The notes: generated by a model not told the origin, from the sequence alone. A stretch of DNA of 64,000 bases from Clostridia bacterium (GCA_017464565.1 JAFTZH010000025.1:334-64333); one strand, 5' to 3'; positions 38,737 to 49,133 are shown, counted from the first letter of the stretch. Made by a program: numbers and translations.

Positions 38737-38922
38737 TTAAGCGCGGGTAACTTTGCCTGAACGAAGGCAACGCGAACATACGGCAACGGTCTTAGGCGTA
38801 CCGTCAACGATTGCTTTTACCTTGCGTATATTGGGCTTCCAAGTTCTGTTGGTTTTACGGTGCGAGTGTGAAACAGCCTGACCGAACACAACGCCTTTTC
38901 CGCAAATACTGCACTTTGCCAT
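38737..38922 (-). CDS. rpmB: 50S ribosomal protein L28
   Basis: MAKCSICGKGVVFGQAVSHSHRKTNRTWKPNIRKVKA.. Confidence 0.95.
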   Translation of the reverse strand: MAKCSICGKGVVFGQAVSHSHRKTNRTWKPNIRKVKAIVDGTPKTVAVCSRCLRSGKVTRA

Positions 38923-39095
38923 ATTGACACCTCCTCAATGTGCGGTAAACACATCTATATAATTATTATAAAAATCATAGAACATTTGATATTATAGCAT
39001 AAAATTTTTAAAAAAGCAAGAGCTTTTGAAGATTTTTTTTAAATATATCCGTTAAATATGCTTCTAAAGGCAAAAATCAAGCCGCTGAGTATCGG

Positions 39096-40787
39096 TTACC
39101 ATATGAATTTAGATATTTTTCCAAGCAATACACCGTGCTCTATCGGAGCGGATACCTCCGCTATGATTCCTCGTCTTGAGCCTTTAAAGAGAAGAGAGGC
39201 TCCCTCCGAGCGTTCAAAATCGTAGCTTCCCGAGGCTTGAGCGAGCGCGTCGGAGAGATTTCCGCTTACGGCTCTTGCCGATTTTATAGTTCCGCTCGAC
39301 GAAAGAGAGCGAACGTAATCGAACATTCCGCGCAAGCCCTCAAAGTCGGGTATACCGTTATCGTTTTCGTCGTATGAAAGGAAGTATACGAGGTTGTCCT
39401 CCGCGGTGAAGCTTGAGGGAAGAATTATATGCTCGTTTCCGCAATGCGCGGTACAGGAGACGAAAATTCCGTCGGCATCGGTATATTCGGTTTCGGCGGC
39501 GTTCGAAATACACAGCTCGGTAAGCGTGCGGTAAATTCCGAGAATACTCGCGAGAGCGTTCCCGTCAGCGTCGGGAAATTCGTATCTGACACTTATTGAA
39601 ATATCTTCTCTCGGTATACCGCACGCGATAAGCGGGAGAAGAGAGTCGATTGCGGCGTTGAGCGAATTTACGAAAAATCCGGTCTTTATCTCTGCCGCAA
39701 CGGGTGAGAAAATCATATCGCAGGAATGAATTGTGCTGCCGTATATTATCTGTTCGCGAGTAAGATTTTCCGTACTCATAAGCACCTGTGAGCGCAGATA
39801 TCCGATATGCGCTCTGCCGTCTTTTCGTATATGAAAATCCTTGGAATACGTCAGGGAGGCGAGCGCGGATATAAGAGCGGTATCCATACGCATTGATATA
39901 TGCTCCTGCTTGTATAGGAGAATATCGTCAGAGGGAACCGCTTTCGCGAAGTACGCAGCCGAGAGTCCGTATTGCGCGGCAGAGGCGGAAAATTCTTCTA
40001 TCGCGTATTTTGGCATAGCCGCGATAAGATAGCCGCGGCATTCTGTGGCGAGATGAGACAGCTCGGGAACGCGGGGAAGACCGGGGATGGAAAATATATC
40101 GGCATAAATTCCGTTAGTCATTTTGGCGAGCGCCGCGGCGATTCCCGTTTTTCTTACCATTTGCGCCGATATCACATATTTGGCGAATACCGACGACGAG
40201 GCGAAGCTCTCAAGCGTATCTTTGTAATCGCAGTCCTCGCCGCACGGCGTGATGATAACGAACGCCGTGTTTGGTTCAAGCTCTTTTTTTGCCGAATAAT
40301 CCGAAAGCACGGAGATAAGAGACCTTCCGTTCTCTCGCTTCAGTTCGTGCGGAAGAAAAGGGCAGTCGTAAGCTTTTTCTATACGCTCCATATATTTTGG
40401 GCATACCTTCGCCGCCTCGTCTATCGGGAGCGGCGGGAAATTTTCACCGCAAAGCGCGGTATGCTTCGATATAAGGTCGTCGTAGGTTTCTATAATATTC
40501 TTGTCGTCGGTATAAATGTCGGTCAGCGCGGCGTTCCGGCGTGATTCGCGCGCGCCCGTTACTATTCCGTCGAGCAGGTACAGCTCTCCAAAGGAAATAT
40601 CGCTATACTTTTTACTTGAGTAATAATTTCTGATAAAAGCAAGGTCCGACGGGGACATATGAAGCTGCAGGAAGTCCCGAAGCTCCGCTATCCTTCCTTC
40701 GCCGTAAAGGGAGAAGCCCTTGGCGATTCCCTTTCTTCTGCCGAGAGTATCGAATTGAATGGTTTGATTGGCGTTAGCGTTATTCAT
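39096..40787 (-). CDS. PurL/PurM-superfamily-like protein with degenerate active-site motifs (function unknown)
   Basis: 563 aa, SD GGAAGG. The N-terminus ..MSPSDLAFIRNYY..ISFGELYLLDGIVTGARESRRN parallels the PurL linker ..L.DeE...I...lgR.Pn..El.mf.vmWSEHCsYK.S but lacks SEHC. Confidence 0.35.
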   Translation of the reverse strand: MNNANANQTIQFDTLGRRKGIAKGFSLYGEGRIAELRDFLQLHMSPSDLAFIRNYYSSKKYSDISFGELYLLDGIVTGARESRRNAALTDIYTDDKNIIETYDDLISKHTALCGENFPPLPIDEAAKVCPKYMERIEKAYDCPFLPHELKRENGRSLISVLSDYSAKKELEPNTAFVIITPCGEDCDYKDTLESFASSSVFAKYVISAQMVRKTGIAAALAKMTNGIYADIFSIPGLPRVPELSHLATECRGYLIAAMPKYAIEEFSASAAQYGLSAAYFAKAVPSDDILLYKQEHISMRMDTALISALASLTYSKDFHIRKDGRAHIGYLRSQVLMSTENLTREQIIYGSTIHSCDMIFSPVAAEIKTGFFVNSLNAAIDSLLPLIACGIPREDISISVRYEFPDADGNALASILGIYRTLTELCISNAAETEYTDADGIFVSCTAHCGNEHIILPSSFTAEDNLVYFLSYDENDNGIPDFEGLRGMFDYVRSLSSSGTIKSARAVSGNLSDALAQASGSYDFERSEGASLLFKGSRRGIIAEVSAPIEHGVLLGKISKFIW

Positions 40788-40811
40788 TTAAATACCTTCC
40801 GTTACTGAATC

Positions 40812-42131
40812 TTAATTTAAAACGCCGAAGCAGATATTTCCGTCGGTATGCGTCAAGCGGACGTTATGGAACTCGGAATGAAGACTTCTGTCGCTCTTTA
40901 CCGCCACCTCGATAAAATCGGGCGTATGTCCGAAGGCGACTCCGTTTTCGTAGGTTTCGAACAGTACCAAACGGCACGGAGTCTCGGCAACGGCCTTTTC
41001 AAGGACTTTTTCCCGTATTTGTTTAGCCGTGAGGGAAAGCTCGGCGGCGCGTCTCTTTTTTACGTCGGGAGAGATCTGATTTTTCATTTTTGCCGCTTCG
41101 GTTCCTGCGCGCGGCGAGTATGGAAAAACGTGCATCATAAGGAATTCGGCTTTTTTCGCAAATTCAACCGTTTCGAGAAAATCCTCCTCGGTCTCTGACG
41201 GAAAGCCAACGATGACGTCGGTGGTCAGCTTTACGTCGGGGATGCTTTTTTTCAGAAGCTCAATGCTTCCGTAAGCCATATCGGCGTTGTATTTTCTTCT
41301 CATAAGCGCGAGAACGCGGCTGCTTCCGCTTTGAAGCGACAGATGAAAATGAGGGGTGAGAGAGCGCAGGGGAGCAATCTTCTCGACGAACGCGGGAGTT
41401 ATCAGCGAGGGGTCGAGCGAGCCGAGGCGTACCCGTCCTATGCCTTCTATTCCGTCCACCTCGCGTAAAAGTCCCGCAAGGTCGGTCCCGTCTCCGAGGT
41501 CGCGTCCGTAGGAGGCGGTCTCTATTCCCGTAAGCACTACCTCGCGGCAACCGCCGCGCGTAAGCTCGCTCACCTCGTCTATTACATCGCGCAGAGGCTT
41601 TGAGCGTATTTTTCCTCTCGCGGAGGGGATAATACAATAAGTGCAGCGGCTCTCACAGCCGTCCTCAATTTTGACGTAAGCTCTCGTGCGTCCGAAGGTC
41701 TTTATCTTCATTTGCTCAAACCGAGCGCCGTCAAGAGAGGAGACGCGTATTTCGGGAAAATCCGTTTTCTCGGCGTTTTTTATAAACGCGAGAGCCGCGT
41801 CTGCCGCCGAGAGCTTCTCGGAATTTCCGCAGATATAGTCAACTCCCTCTATCGCCGCTATCTTTTCGTGAGCGACCTGAGCCATACAGCCCGTTACTAT
41901 AATGTACGCATTGGGGTTTTTCATTACCGCGCGTCTTATAAACTGACGCGCTTTTCTATCCGACTCTGCGGTTACGGTACAGGTGTTTATTATATATATA
42001 TCGCAAGCGTCCGACGGGGATACGACCTCTATTCCGCCCGAGGCGAGCGCCTCGGCGATAGCTTCGGATTCGTATTGATTAACCTTACAGCCGAGGGTGT
42101 ATATTCCCGCGGTATACCTTCTGTTTTGCAT
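40812..42131 (-). CDS. mtaB: tRNA (N6-threonylcarbamoyladenosine) methylthiotransferase MtaB (MiaB-like radical SAM)
   Basis: Start at ATG 42131. YTLGCKVNQYESE (UPF0004 N-domain), CESRCTYCIIP radical-SAM CxxxCxxC, C-terminal TRAM-like region. Confidence 0.85.
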   Translation of the reverse strand: MQNRRYTAGIYTLGCKVNQYESEAIAEALASGGIEVVSPSDACDIYIINTCTVTAESDRKARQFIRRAVMKNPNAYIIVTGCMAQVAHEKIAAIEGVDYICGNSEKLSAADAALAFIKNAEKTDFPEIRVSSLDGARFEQMKIKTFGRTRAYVKIEDGCESRCTYCIIPSARGKIRSKPLRDVIDEVSELTRGGCREVVLTGIETASYGRDLGDGTDLAGLLREVDGIEGIGRVRLGSLDPSLITPAFVEKIAPLRSLTPHFHLSLQSGSSRVLALMRRKYNADMAYGSIELLKKSIPDVKLTTDVIVGFPSETEEDFLETVEFAKKAEFLMMHVFPYSPRAGTEAAKMKNQISPDVKKRRAAELSLTAKQIREKVLEKAVAETPCRLVLFETYENGVAFGHTPDFIEVAVKSDRSLHSEFHNVRLTHTDGNICFGVLN

Positions 42132-42235
42132 ATGATACCTTCTTTGCGTAATTCTATAGAGATATGATATCACATTTGACGCCTTTTGTAAATAAGCGGA
42201 AAGAAAAGAATATTTAAATAAATTATAAAATATAC

Positions 42236-42264
42236 TTGAAAAAGTGCGGAATATGGATTATAAT
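42236..42264 (+). promoter_or_regulatory. sigmaA promoter of upp
   Basis: TTGAAA (42236-42241), 17 bp, TATAAT (42259-42264). Confidence 0.6.
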
Positions 42265-42299
42265 ATACACGATAAATAAATTTTACGGGGGAAATCAAA

Positions 42300-42929
42300 A
42301 TGAGCAATTTTCACGTTGTGGATCATCCGCTGATAACGCACAAGCTTTCTATTATGAGAAACAAAAAAACGGGGTCAAAGGATTTCAGGGAGCTGCTCAA
42401 CGAGATAGCTATGCTTATGGGCTACGAGCTTACCCGAGATCTTCCTCTTGAGGACGTCGTTATCGAGACTCCCCTAACCAAGATGACGGCTAAAATGGTG
42501 TCGGGTAAAAAGCTGGCGATAGTGCCGATTCTCCGCGCGGGACTCGGTATGGTGGACGGGCTTCAAAGTCTCGTTCCGGTGGCAAAGGTCGGACATATCG
42601 GACTTTACCGCGATCCCGAAACGCACAAGCCCGTTGAATATTACTGCAAGCTTCCCGTGGATATCGAGGAGCGCATAGTAATTCTCGTCGATCCTATGCT
42701 GGCGACGGGCGGCTCTGCATCCGACGCGCTTACTATGCTGAAAAACAAGGGCTGTAAGCATATTCGCTTTATGTGCCTCGTTGCTTCGCCCGAGGGAGTT
42801 AAAAAGGTACAGGAGGATCACCCCGACGTGGATATATACACGGCGGCGCTTGACGAGTGCCTTAACGAGCACGCTTATATCGTCCCGGGACTCGGAGACG
42901 CGGGAGACAGAATTTTCGGAACGCTCTGA
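42300..42929 (+). CDS. upp: Uracil phosphoribosyltransferase
   Basis: [16 protein letters not shown].., [17 protein letters not shown] motif, [16 protein letters not shown]. Confidence 0.96.
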   Translation: MSNFHVVDHPLITHKLSIMRNKKTGSKDFRELLNEIAMLMGYELTRDLPLEDVVIETPLTKMTAKMVSGKKLAIVPILRAGLGMVDGLQSLVPVAKVGHIGLYRDPETHKPVEYYCKLPVDIEERIVILVDPMLATGGSASDALTMLKNKGCKHIRFMCLVASPEGVKKVQEDHPDVDIYTAALDECLNEHAYIVPGLGDAGDRIFGTL

Positions 42930-42982
42930 AATATTTTTGAGGAGATCGGGACTGACGCCTTGGCGGCAGTCCCGTCGTTAAT

Positions 42983-43951
42983 ATGCGAGTTATAAAGATA
43001 AACCGCAACGACGCGGGACAAAGACTTGATAAATTTCTCGGCAAGGCTGTGAAGGGCTTGCCGCAGTCCCTGATGTATAAATACATAAGGACGAAAAAAA
43101 TAAAGGTAAACGGAAAAAGAGCGGCGCAGAACTATTTTCTCGCGGAGGGCGACGAGATACAGCTTTTTATAAGAGACGAGTTTTTTGATTCTCCCGAGTC
43201 CGATACGGGAGCGCTTACGAGGATAAAGCCGAAGCTTGATATCGTTTACGAGGACGATAATATAATGCTTCTCAACAAGCGCCCCGGCGTGCTCGTGCAC
43301 GAGGACTCGGAGGCAAAGGAAAACACGCTGATAATGCACGTTAAAGCGTATCTCGCGCTCAAAGGCGAGTATTCTCCCGAAGAGGAGAATTCGTTTGCTC
43401 CCGCGCTGTGCAACAGGATAGACAGAAACACGGGAGGTATAGTTATAGCCGCCAAAAACGCCGAAGCTTTACGCCTTATGAACGAGAAAATAAGAAACAA
43501 TAAAATAAGAAAATTCTATCTTTGCCTCGTTCACGGAGTTCCGAAGAAGCGCTCGGATACTATGCGCGCTTATCTCAGAAAGGACAGCGCCGCCAACATG
43601 GTTGAGGTCAGAGACCAAAAATTCAACGGGGCAAAGGAGATAATCACCGCATATCATATTCTTGAGACGCGGGGAGACGAGAGCTTGCTTGAGGTCGAGC
43701 TGATAACGGGCCGCACTCATCAGATAAGAGCGCATATGGCTCACGTAGGGCACGCGCTCGTGGGAGACGGAAAATACGGCGTGAACAGAGATGAGAAGCG
43801 CAGAGGATATAAATATCAGGCGCTTTACGCTTACAAGCTTAAGTTCTTGGAGGACGGGGAGGAAAATCTCCTGTCGTATCTTACGGGAAAGACCTTCGAG
43901 ATAGATAAAAAAAGCGTTTGGTTCCTAAACGATTACGGAGGGAAGAAATGA
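42983..43951 (+). CDS. RluA-family 23S rRNA/tRNA pseudouridine synthase
   Basis: S4-like N-terminus (QRLDKFL), HRIDRNTGG-like NRIDRNTGG catalytic Asp motif, TGRTHQIRAH. Confidence 0.9.
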   Translation: MRVIKINRNDAGQRLDKFLGKAVKGLPQSLMYKYIRTKKIKVNGKRAAQNYFLAEGDEIQLFIRDEFFDSPESDTGALTRIKPKLDIVYEDDNIMLLNKRPGVLVHEDSEAKENTLIMHVKAYLALKGEYSPEEENSFAPALCNRIDRNTGGIVIAAKNAEALRLMNEKIRNNKIRKFYLCLVHGVPKKRSDTMRAYLRKDSAANMVEVRDQKFNGAKEIITAYHILETRGDESLLEVELITGRTHQIRAHMAHVGHALVGDGKYGVNRDEKRRGYKYQALYAYKLKFLEDGEENLLSYLTGKTFEIDKKSVWFLNDYGGKK

Positions 43952-45576
43952 CGTCGAAATTCGTTCTTACAGATACGGCAAAAAAGAGAGCGGTGCGGTT
44001 TGGACTGCTCGCGCTCGGAGCCGTGCTTACGGGCTTGACGCTCGTTTTCCCGAAGATAGGAATAATAGAGTGGGTAACTCTTATCCCGTCGGCTATTGTT
44101 CTCATAAAGCTTTGCGAGGACGGGAGCGTTCGCAGGAGAGGTCTTTACGGCTACGGATTTTTCTTCTTTACGTGCTTTTACCTCGTCAACTACCATTGGT
44201 TCGTCAATCTTTATCCGCTTGATTTCGTTGAGGGAATGACGAAGCCCGCCGCGCTCGCGGTGGTTTTCGTGGCTTGGTTCGGGCTGTCTGCTCTGCAGGC
44301 GCTTACGGGAGGACTCGTTTTCGTGCTGTTCGGGGAATGCGTAAGGGGGGAAAAGCTTAAAACGCTTCCGATAGTCAAAGCGATCTTGGCGGCGGCACTC
44401 TGGGCTGTGTTCGAGTGGACGCAGACGCTCACTTGGGCGGGCGTTCCGTGGGGAAGGCTGTCTATCGGACAGACCGAATGGCTCGTCGGAGTTCAAACGG
44501 CATCGCTCTTCGGCTGCTGCTTCGTAACCTTTTTGATAGTCGCGGTAAATTTTCTCGCGGCGTACGCCGTACTTAACCTTTCGAAAAGAAGACTGCTCGC
44601 GGCGGTGTCGGCGGGTGTATTCCTGCTCAACACTGCGGTCGGCGCGCTGCTTTACGTTACGAATACCGACGAGGGAGAGCCGATAACCGTCTCCGCCGTG
44701 CAGGGAAACATATCATCTCAGGACAAATGGGATATAAACGCGAAGCAGAAAACACTTGACGTTTACGAAAAATATACCGCCGAGGCGGCGGCAGAGGGGG
44801 CGGAGATAGTGGTCTGGCCCGAATCTGCGCTTCCTTATAATCTTGAGAGCAACAGTTCTATGGCAAGCTACGTTTCGAGAGTGGCGAGGGAGAATGAAGT
44901 TACGATCCTCGTCGGAGCGTTTACCACGAACGACGACGGAATGGAGCTTAATTCGATAATCGCCGTTCTTCCCGACGGAAGCTTTCACGAGACGGTGTAT
45001 TCCAAGAGACACCTCGTTCCGTTCGGAGAATTCGTTCCGATGAGGGGCTTGTTTGAGGTGCTTATCCCCCCGCTCACCGAGCTTTCTATGCTCTCGGAGG
45101 ATCTTGCTGAGGGCGTGGGAACCGAGATAATGGATATCGGCGGAGTGAAGATAGGCTCGATAATCTGTTTTGACTCTATTTACGACGAGCTTTCGCGCGC
45201 GTCGGCGCTTGAGGGAGCGGAGATAATAGCCCTCTCGACTAACGACTCGTGGTTCCTCGATTCAGCCGCGCTTTATATGCACAACGCGCAGGCGAAGCTT
45301 CGCGCGATAGAGAACGGAAGATACGTAGTACGTGCCGCGAATACGGGAATATCAAGCATAATCACGCCCCGCGGAGAGAGCGTGGAGTCGCTCGGCGCGC
45401 TTACCGAGGGTCAGATAAGCGCCGATGTGTACGCGAGACAGGGAAATACGCTGTTTACTTATATCGGAAACCTGTTCGTTTATTCGTGCATAGCGTTTAT
45501 AGTTCTTTGGCTGGCTTATGAAAAAATATCTATCACATATTTTTCACATAGCCTTGACAAAACGCTCGAAAAATGA
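43948..45576 (+). CDS. lnt: Apolipoprotein N-acyltransferase (Lnt; multi-TM N-domain + CN-hydrolase domain)
   Basis: ATGA overlap with the preceding gene. Several N-terminal TM helices. Candidate E-K-C triad: VVWPESALP, KRHLVPFGEFVP, GSIICFDSIY. Confidence 0.8.
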   Translation: MTSKFVLTDTAKKRAVRFGLLALGAVLTGLTLVFPKIGIIEWVTLIPSAIVLIKLCEDGSVRRRGLYGYGFFFFTCFYLVNYHWFVNLYPLDFVEGMTKPAALAVVFVAWFGLSALQALTGGLVFVLFGECVRGEKLKTLPIVKAILAAALWAVFEWTQTLTWAGVPWGRLSIGQTEWLVGVQTASLFGCCFVTFLIVAVNFLAAYAVLNLSKRRLLAAVSAGVFLLNTAVGALLYVTNTDEGEPITVSAVQGNISSQDKWDINAKQKTLDVYEKYTAEAAAEGAEIVVWPESALPYNLESNSSMASYVSRVARENEVTILVGAFTTNDDGMELNSIIAVLPDGSFHETVYSKRHLVPFGEFVPMRGLFEVLIPPLTELSMLSEDLAEGVGTEIMDIGGVKIGSIICFDSIYDELSRASALEGAEIIALSTNDSWFLDSAALYMHNAQAKLRAIENGRYVVRAANTGISSIITPRGESVESLGALTEGQISADVYARQGNTLFTYIGNLFVYSCIAFIVLWLAYEKISITYFSHSLDKTLEK

Positions 45577-45612
45577 TAAAATCTTATTACATTAAACCAT
45601 AGGAGGTTAGTT

Positions 45613-45981
45613 ATGAAAAAAACAATTAAGGTATTGGCGCTCGTTATGACGGCTCTTATGCTTTGTATGGCTCTTGCTTCCTGCGCAAAGAAGCTTTCGG
45701 GTAAGTACAGCGCTGACATTCTCGGAACGGGAACAACGCTCACGTTTGACGGTAGCGACGTTAAGCTTGGCATTACCGTAACTCTTCTCGGTGAGGTAGC
45801 ATCTGTTGACGGAACCTACACTATCGAGGACGATAAGATTACGTTTGATTTCGTTGACGAAGAGAATGTTGAAAACGAAAAGGCAAAAGCTGTTTTGGCA
45901 GACTTTACGGGAACTCTTGATTTTGAGGAAGGCGATGACTACATCAAAATCGGCGGAGTTAAGTACGAAAAGGTTGACTGA
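45613..45981 (+). CDS. Small lipoprotein, unknown function
   Basis: SD AGGAGG. Signal peptide MKKTIKVLALVMTALMLCMALASC with lipobox LASC. Confidence 0.75.
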   Translation: MKKTIKVLALVMTALMLCMALASCAKKLSGKYSADILGTGTTLTFDGSDVKLGITVTLLGEVASVDGTYTIEDDKITFDFVDEENVENEKAKAVLADFTGTLDFEEGDDYIKIGGVKYEKVD

Positions 45982-46003
45982 TACATAACCGAATAAATAA
46001 AAA

Positions 46004-46038
46004 CATAGGGCACATTATTAATGTGCCCTATGTTTTTT
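46004..46038 (+). terminator. Intrinsic terminator after the lipoprotein gene
   Basis: catagggcacattattaatgtgccctatg + tttttt. Confidence 0.8.
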
Positions 46039-46274
46039 CCAAATAATAAATATGTTGACTTTCTTTTGAATTTGTAGTAAAATAATATTGCCAAACAATT
46101 TCATAAAAAAGCCTCTTCAGAGAAACTATACTTTGGTAAAAGGTGTTTCTCTCTTTTCCGTTTTCTCGAAAGAGGTACTGAAATTGTTTGGCGACAATGA
46201 GGGATTCACTTTTTCGGTGCGTCCCTTGTGGGCGCACTTTTTTACAATATTTTTAGAAAGAAGCTTAACTGACT

Positions 46275-46637
46275 ATGAAAAAAACGTCATCAATAAAAAA
46301 AGAGGCAAAGTCGGGATTTGTAATATCCATTATTCTTGCAGCCCTTTATTTTCTTGGAATTCTGGATTTGGATTACGGTTATTATACGTTTTTGCGTATA
46401 TTTTCATTTGTCTCTTTGTTTGTACTTTTGGCTTTGAACAGCATATTGTCTGAAAATTTTCTTAATATTATAAACGGTATAATAGCGGTAATGATAATCG
46501 TATTCAATCCGATATTTCCCATTTATTTAGATAAAGAAGTATGGGTTGTTATAGATTTAATATGCGGGATAGTAATGGTGGCTTTAGCGGTAGTTATAGC
46601 TATAAAATATTTTAAAAAGCCGAACGGCGAAAAATAA
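46275..46637 (+). CDS. Small hydrophobic protein (4 TM), unknown function, in a low-GC patch
   Basis: 120 aa, MKKTSSIKKEAKSGFVISIILAALYFLG..; weak SD; overlapping ORF 46088-46453 judged less likely. Confidence 0.45.
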   Translation: MKKTSSIKKEAKSGFVISIILAALYFLGILDLDYGYYTFLRIFSFVSLFVLLALNSILSENFLNIINGIIAVMIIVFNPIFPIYLDKEVWVVIDLICGIVMVALAVVIAIKYFKKPNGEK

Positions 46638-46676
46638 ATTTTATATACGAATGGGAATTCTACTGCATATATATAA

Positions 46677-46710
46677 GCTCCCCGCTGCAGATATATCTGC
46701 CGCGGGGAGC
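46677..46710. terminator. GC-rich hairpin between convergent genes (tyrS 3' side)
   Basis: gctccccgctgcagatatatctgccgcggggagc. Confidence 0.5.
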
Positions 46711-46808
46711 TACGTTATATTTCGGTTTTTCCGTTTTTCCGCGAGAACCGATTTGAACTTGCGGCAATTCGGGGCGTAATAGGTATCGTCGTATTTCTTA
46801 CGTACAAA

Positions 46809-48029
46809 TTATTTCGCCACTACCTTTTTAAAGCTTTTCTTTCCTCTTTTGAAGGTCTTTCCGTCCGCGAGGTCGGCTTTTGAAAATACCGCCTTTACGT
46901 CGGTTATCTTCTCTCCGTCGGCAGAAACTCCGCCTTGCTCAATGGCGCGTCTCGCCTCGGATTTTGAGGCGACGAGCTCCGCTTTGACGAGAAGCGTTCC
47001 GATATCTATAACTCCGTCGGTGAAATCCGCGTCGGAAAGCTCGACTACGGGGGCGTCGGCGTTGTTTCCGGCTCCGAAGAGAGATTTTGCGCTCGCCTCA
47101 GCCTTCTTCGCCGCCTCCTCGCCGTGAACGAGAGAGGTAAGCTCGTACGCGAGAATTTCTTTAGCGCGGTTGAGCTGCGCGCCCTCCCACGAATCCATAG
47201 CGTCTATCTCCTCAAGCGGAAGGAAGGTAAGCATTCTGATACATTTGAGAACGTCGGAGTCCGCGACGTTTCTCCAATACTGATAAAAGTCGTAGGGAGA
47301 GGTCTTTTCGGGGTCAAGCCATACGGCGCCCGACTGCGTTTTGCCCATCTTCTTGCCCTCGGAATTGAGGAGAAGATTTATCGTCATAGCGTAAGCGTCC
47401 TTACCGAGCTTGCGCCTTATAAGCTCGGTTCCTCCGAGCATATTCGACCACTGGTCGTCTCCGCCGAACTGCATATTACAGCCCATAGTCTGATAGAGAT
47501 GATAGAAGTCGTAGGACTGCATTATCATATAGTTGAATTCGAGGAAGGATAGTCCTTTTTCCATTCTCTGCTTGTAGCACTCGGCAGAGAGCATACGGTT
47601 TACCGAGAAGCAGGCTCCTACGTCGCGGAGAACCTCAACGTAGTTGAGACCGAGAAGCCAATCGGCGTTGTTTACCATAACCGCTTTTCCATCCGAAAAG
47701 TCGATAAAGCGGCTCATCTGCTTCTTGAAGCAGGCACAGTTGTGCTCGATAGTTTCCCTCGTCATCATCTGGCGCATATCGGTGCGTCCCGATGGGTCGC
47801 CTATCATTGCCGTGCCTCCGCCGATGAGAGCGACGGGCTTGTTTCCCGCCATTTGCAGACGCTTCATAAGGCAGAGTGCCATAAAGTGTCCGACGTGCAG
47901 GCTGTCGGCAGTGGGGTCAAATCCGATATAGAAAACGGCTTTGCCGTTGTTTATCATATCCTTTATTTCTTCTTCGTCTGTTACCTGAGCGATAAGTCCT
48001 CTGGCAACGAGTTCATCGTAGATAGTCAT
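46809..48029 (-). CDS. tyrS: Tyrosyl-tRNA synthetase
   Basis: [13 protein letters not shown] (HIGH), KMGKT (KMSKS), C-terminal S4 domain. Confidence 0.96.
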   Translation of the reverse strand: MTIYDELVARGLIAQVTDEEEIKDMINNGKAVFYIGFDPTADSLHVGHFMALCLMKRLQMAGNKPVALIGGGTAMIGDPSGRTDMRQMMTRETIEHNCACFKKQMSRFIDFSDGKAVMVNNADWLLGLNYVEVLRDVGACFSVNRMLSAECYKQRMEKGLSFLEFNYMIMQSYDFYHLYQTMGCNMQFGGDDQWSNMLGGTELIRRKLGKDAYAMTINLLLNSEGKKMGKTQSGAVWLDPEKTSPYDFYQYWRNVADSDVLKCIRMLTFLPLEEIDAMDSWEGAQLNRAKEILAYELTSLVHGEEAAKKAEASAKSLFGAGNNADAPVVELSDADFTDGVIDIGTLLVKAELVASKSEARRAIEQGGVSADGEKITDVKAVFSKADLADGKTFKRGKKSFKKVVAK

Positions 48030-48116
48030 TTTTTAAGCCTTTCTTTAATTTATTATTTATAACAACCAAATTATATATTATTTTCCCGTATTTGTCAACG
48101 ATAATGCCGCTTTTTG

Positions 48117-48992
48117 CTAAACGTTCTTTTTTATTTCACGGAATAGCTCGTCAGAGAGAGCGGCAAACTGCGCGGTGTCAAGGCGTTCTCCGCGTATATC
48201 GGCGGGCAGGGAACACTTTTCGGTGATTATTTTAGTGATAGTTTCCTTTGACAACTCTCCAAAGACCGCAGAGAGTGCGTTGGGAAGAGTTTTTCTTCTT
48301 TGCTCAAACGCCGCGCGTATCGTTCTGAAGAAGGTCGCCTCGTCAAGAGGGACGTATGGCTTTTGCTTGTGGAGAGTTATTTTTATAACGGCGGAGTCTA
48401 CTTTAGGCTCGGGCAGGAATTTGTCAGACGTAACGGTGAAGAGTCTTTCAGCCGTGCCGTAATAATTCAGCACCGCGGTTATCGCGCCGTAAGCCTTGCT
48501 GCCTGCCGAGGCGCACAGCCTGTCGGCTACCTCCTGCTGTATCATAACGGTGATAGAGTCGAAGGGAAGTCCCGATTCGAGAAGCGACATCATAATGGGG
48601 GTGGTTATATAATAAGGAAGATTTGCGCAGACCGAGACGCTGCCCTCCGCAAAAGAGTCCGAGAGCAGATCGCCGAGGTTAAGCTTCATTACGTCGGCGT
48701 TGACGAGCGTTACGTTTTTGAAATCTCCGAGAGTGTATTTCAAAAGAGGGATAAGCCCGTTGTCTATCTCGACGGCGATTACCTTTCTGTATCGCAGGGC
48801 AAGCTCTTTTGTAAGAGAGCCGGCACCCGGACCTATTTCAAGTATGGCGGCGTTTTCGTCCGAGGAGCAGGCATCCGCTATATCCTCTACCACCATATTG
48901 TCGGTGAGAAAGTTTTGACCGAATTCCTTTCTGAAATTCAGAGAAAACATAGCCATAAGCTGTTTAATACTTTTTATATCACATAGGTTCAT
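48117..48992 (-). CDS. rsmA: 16S rRNA (adenine1518/1519-N6)-dimethyltransferase RsmA/KsgA
   Basis: FGQNFLTD, ILEIGPGAGSLT SAM motif, NLPYYITTPI. Confidence 0.95.
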   Translation of the reverse strand: MNLCDIKSIKQLMAMFSLNFRKEFGQNFLTDNMVVEDIADACSSDENAAILEIGPGAGSLTKELALRYRKVIAVEIDNGLIPLLKYTLGDFKNVTLVNADVMKLNLGDLLSDSFAEGSVSVCANLPYYITTPIMMSLLESGLPFDSITVMIQQEVADRLCASAGSKAYGAITAVLNYYGTAERLFTVTSDKFLPEPKVDSAVIKITLHKQKPYVPLDEATFFRTIRAAFEQRRKTLPNALSAVFGELSKETITKIITEKCSLPADIRGERLDTAQFAALSDELFREIKKNV

Positions 48993-49104
48993 AAGCTTTT
49001 CCCGTATTTAAAGATTTTGATAACTATATTATTCTAACACAAAAATACAAAAAAAGCAACAAAAATTACAACGTACAAAATTTGAGCTTTTTTGAAAAAA
49101 AGTC

Positions 49105-49133
49105 TTGACAAAAGCTTCGTTTGCAGTTATAAT
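49105..49133 (+). promoter_or_regulatory. Consensus sigmaA promoter of tRNA-Thr(CGT)
   Basis: TTGACA (49105-49110), 17 bp, TATAAT (49128-49133). Confidence 0.75.
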
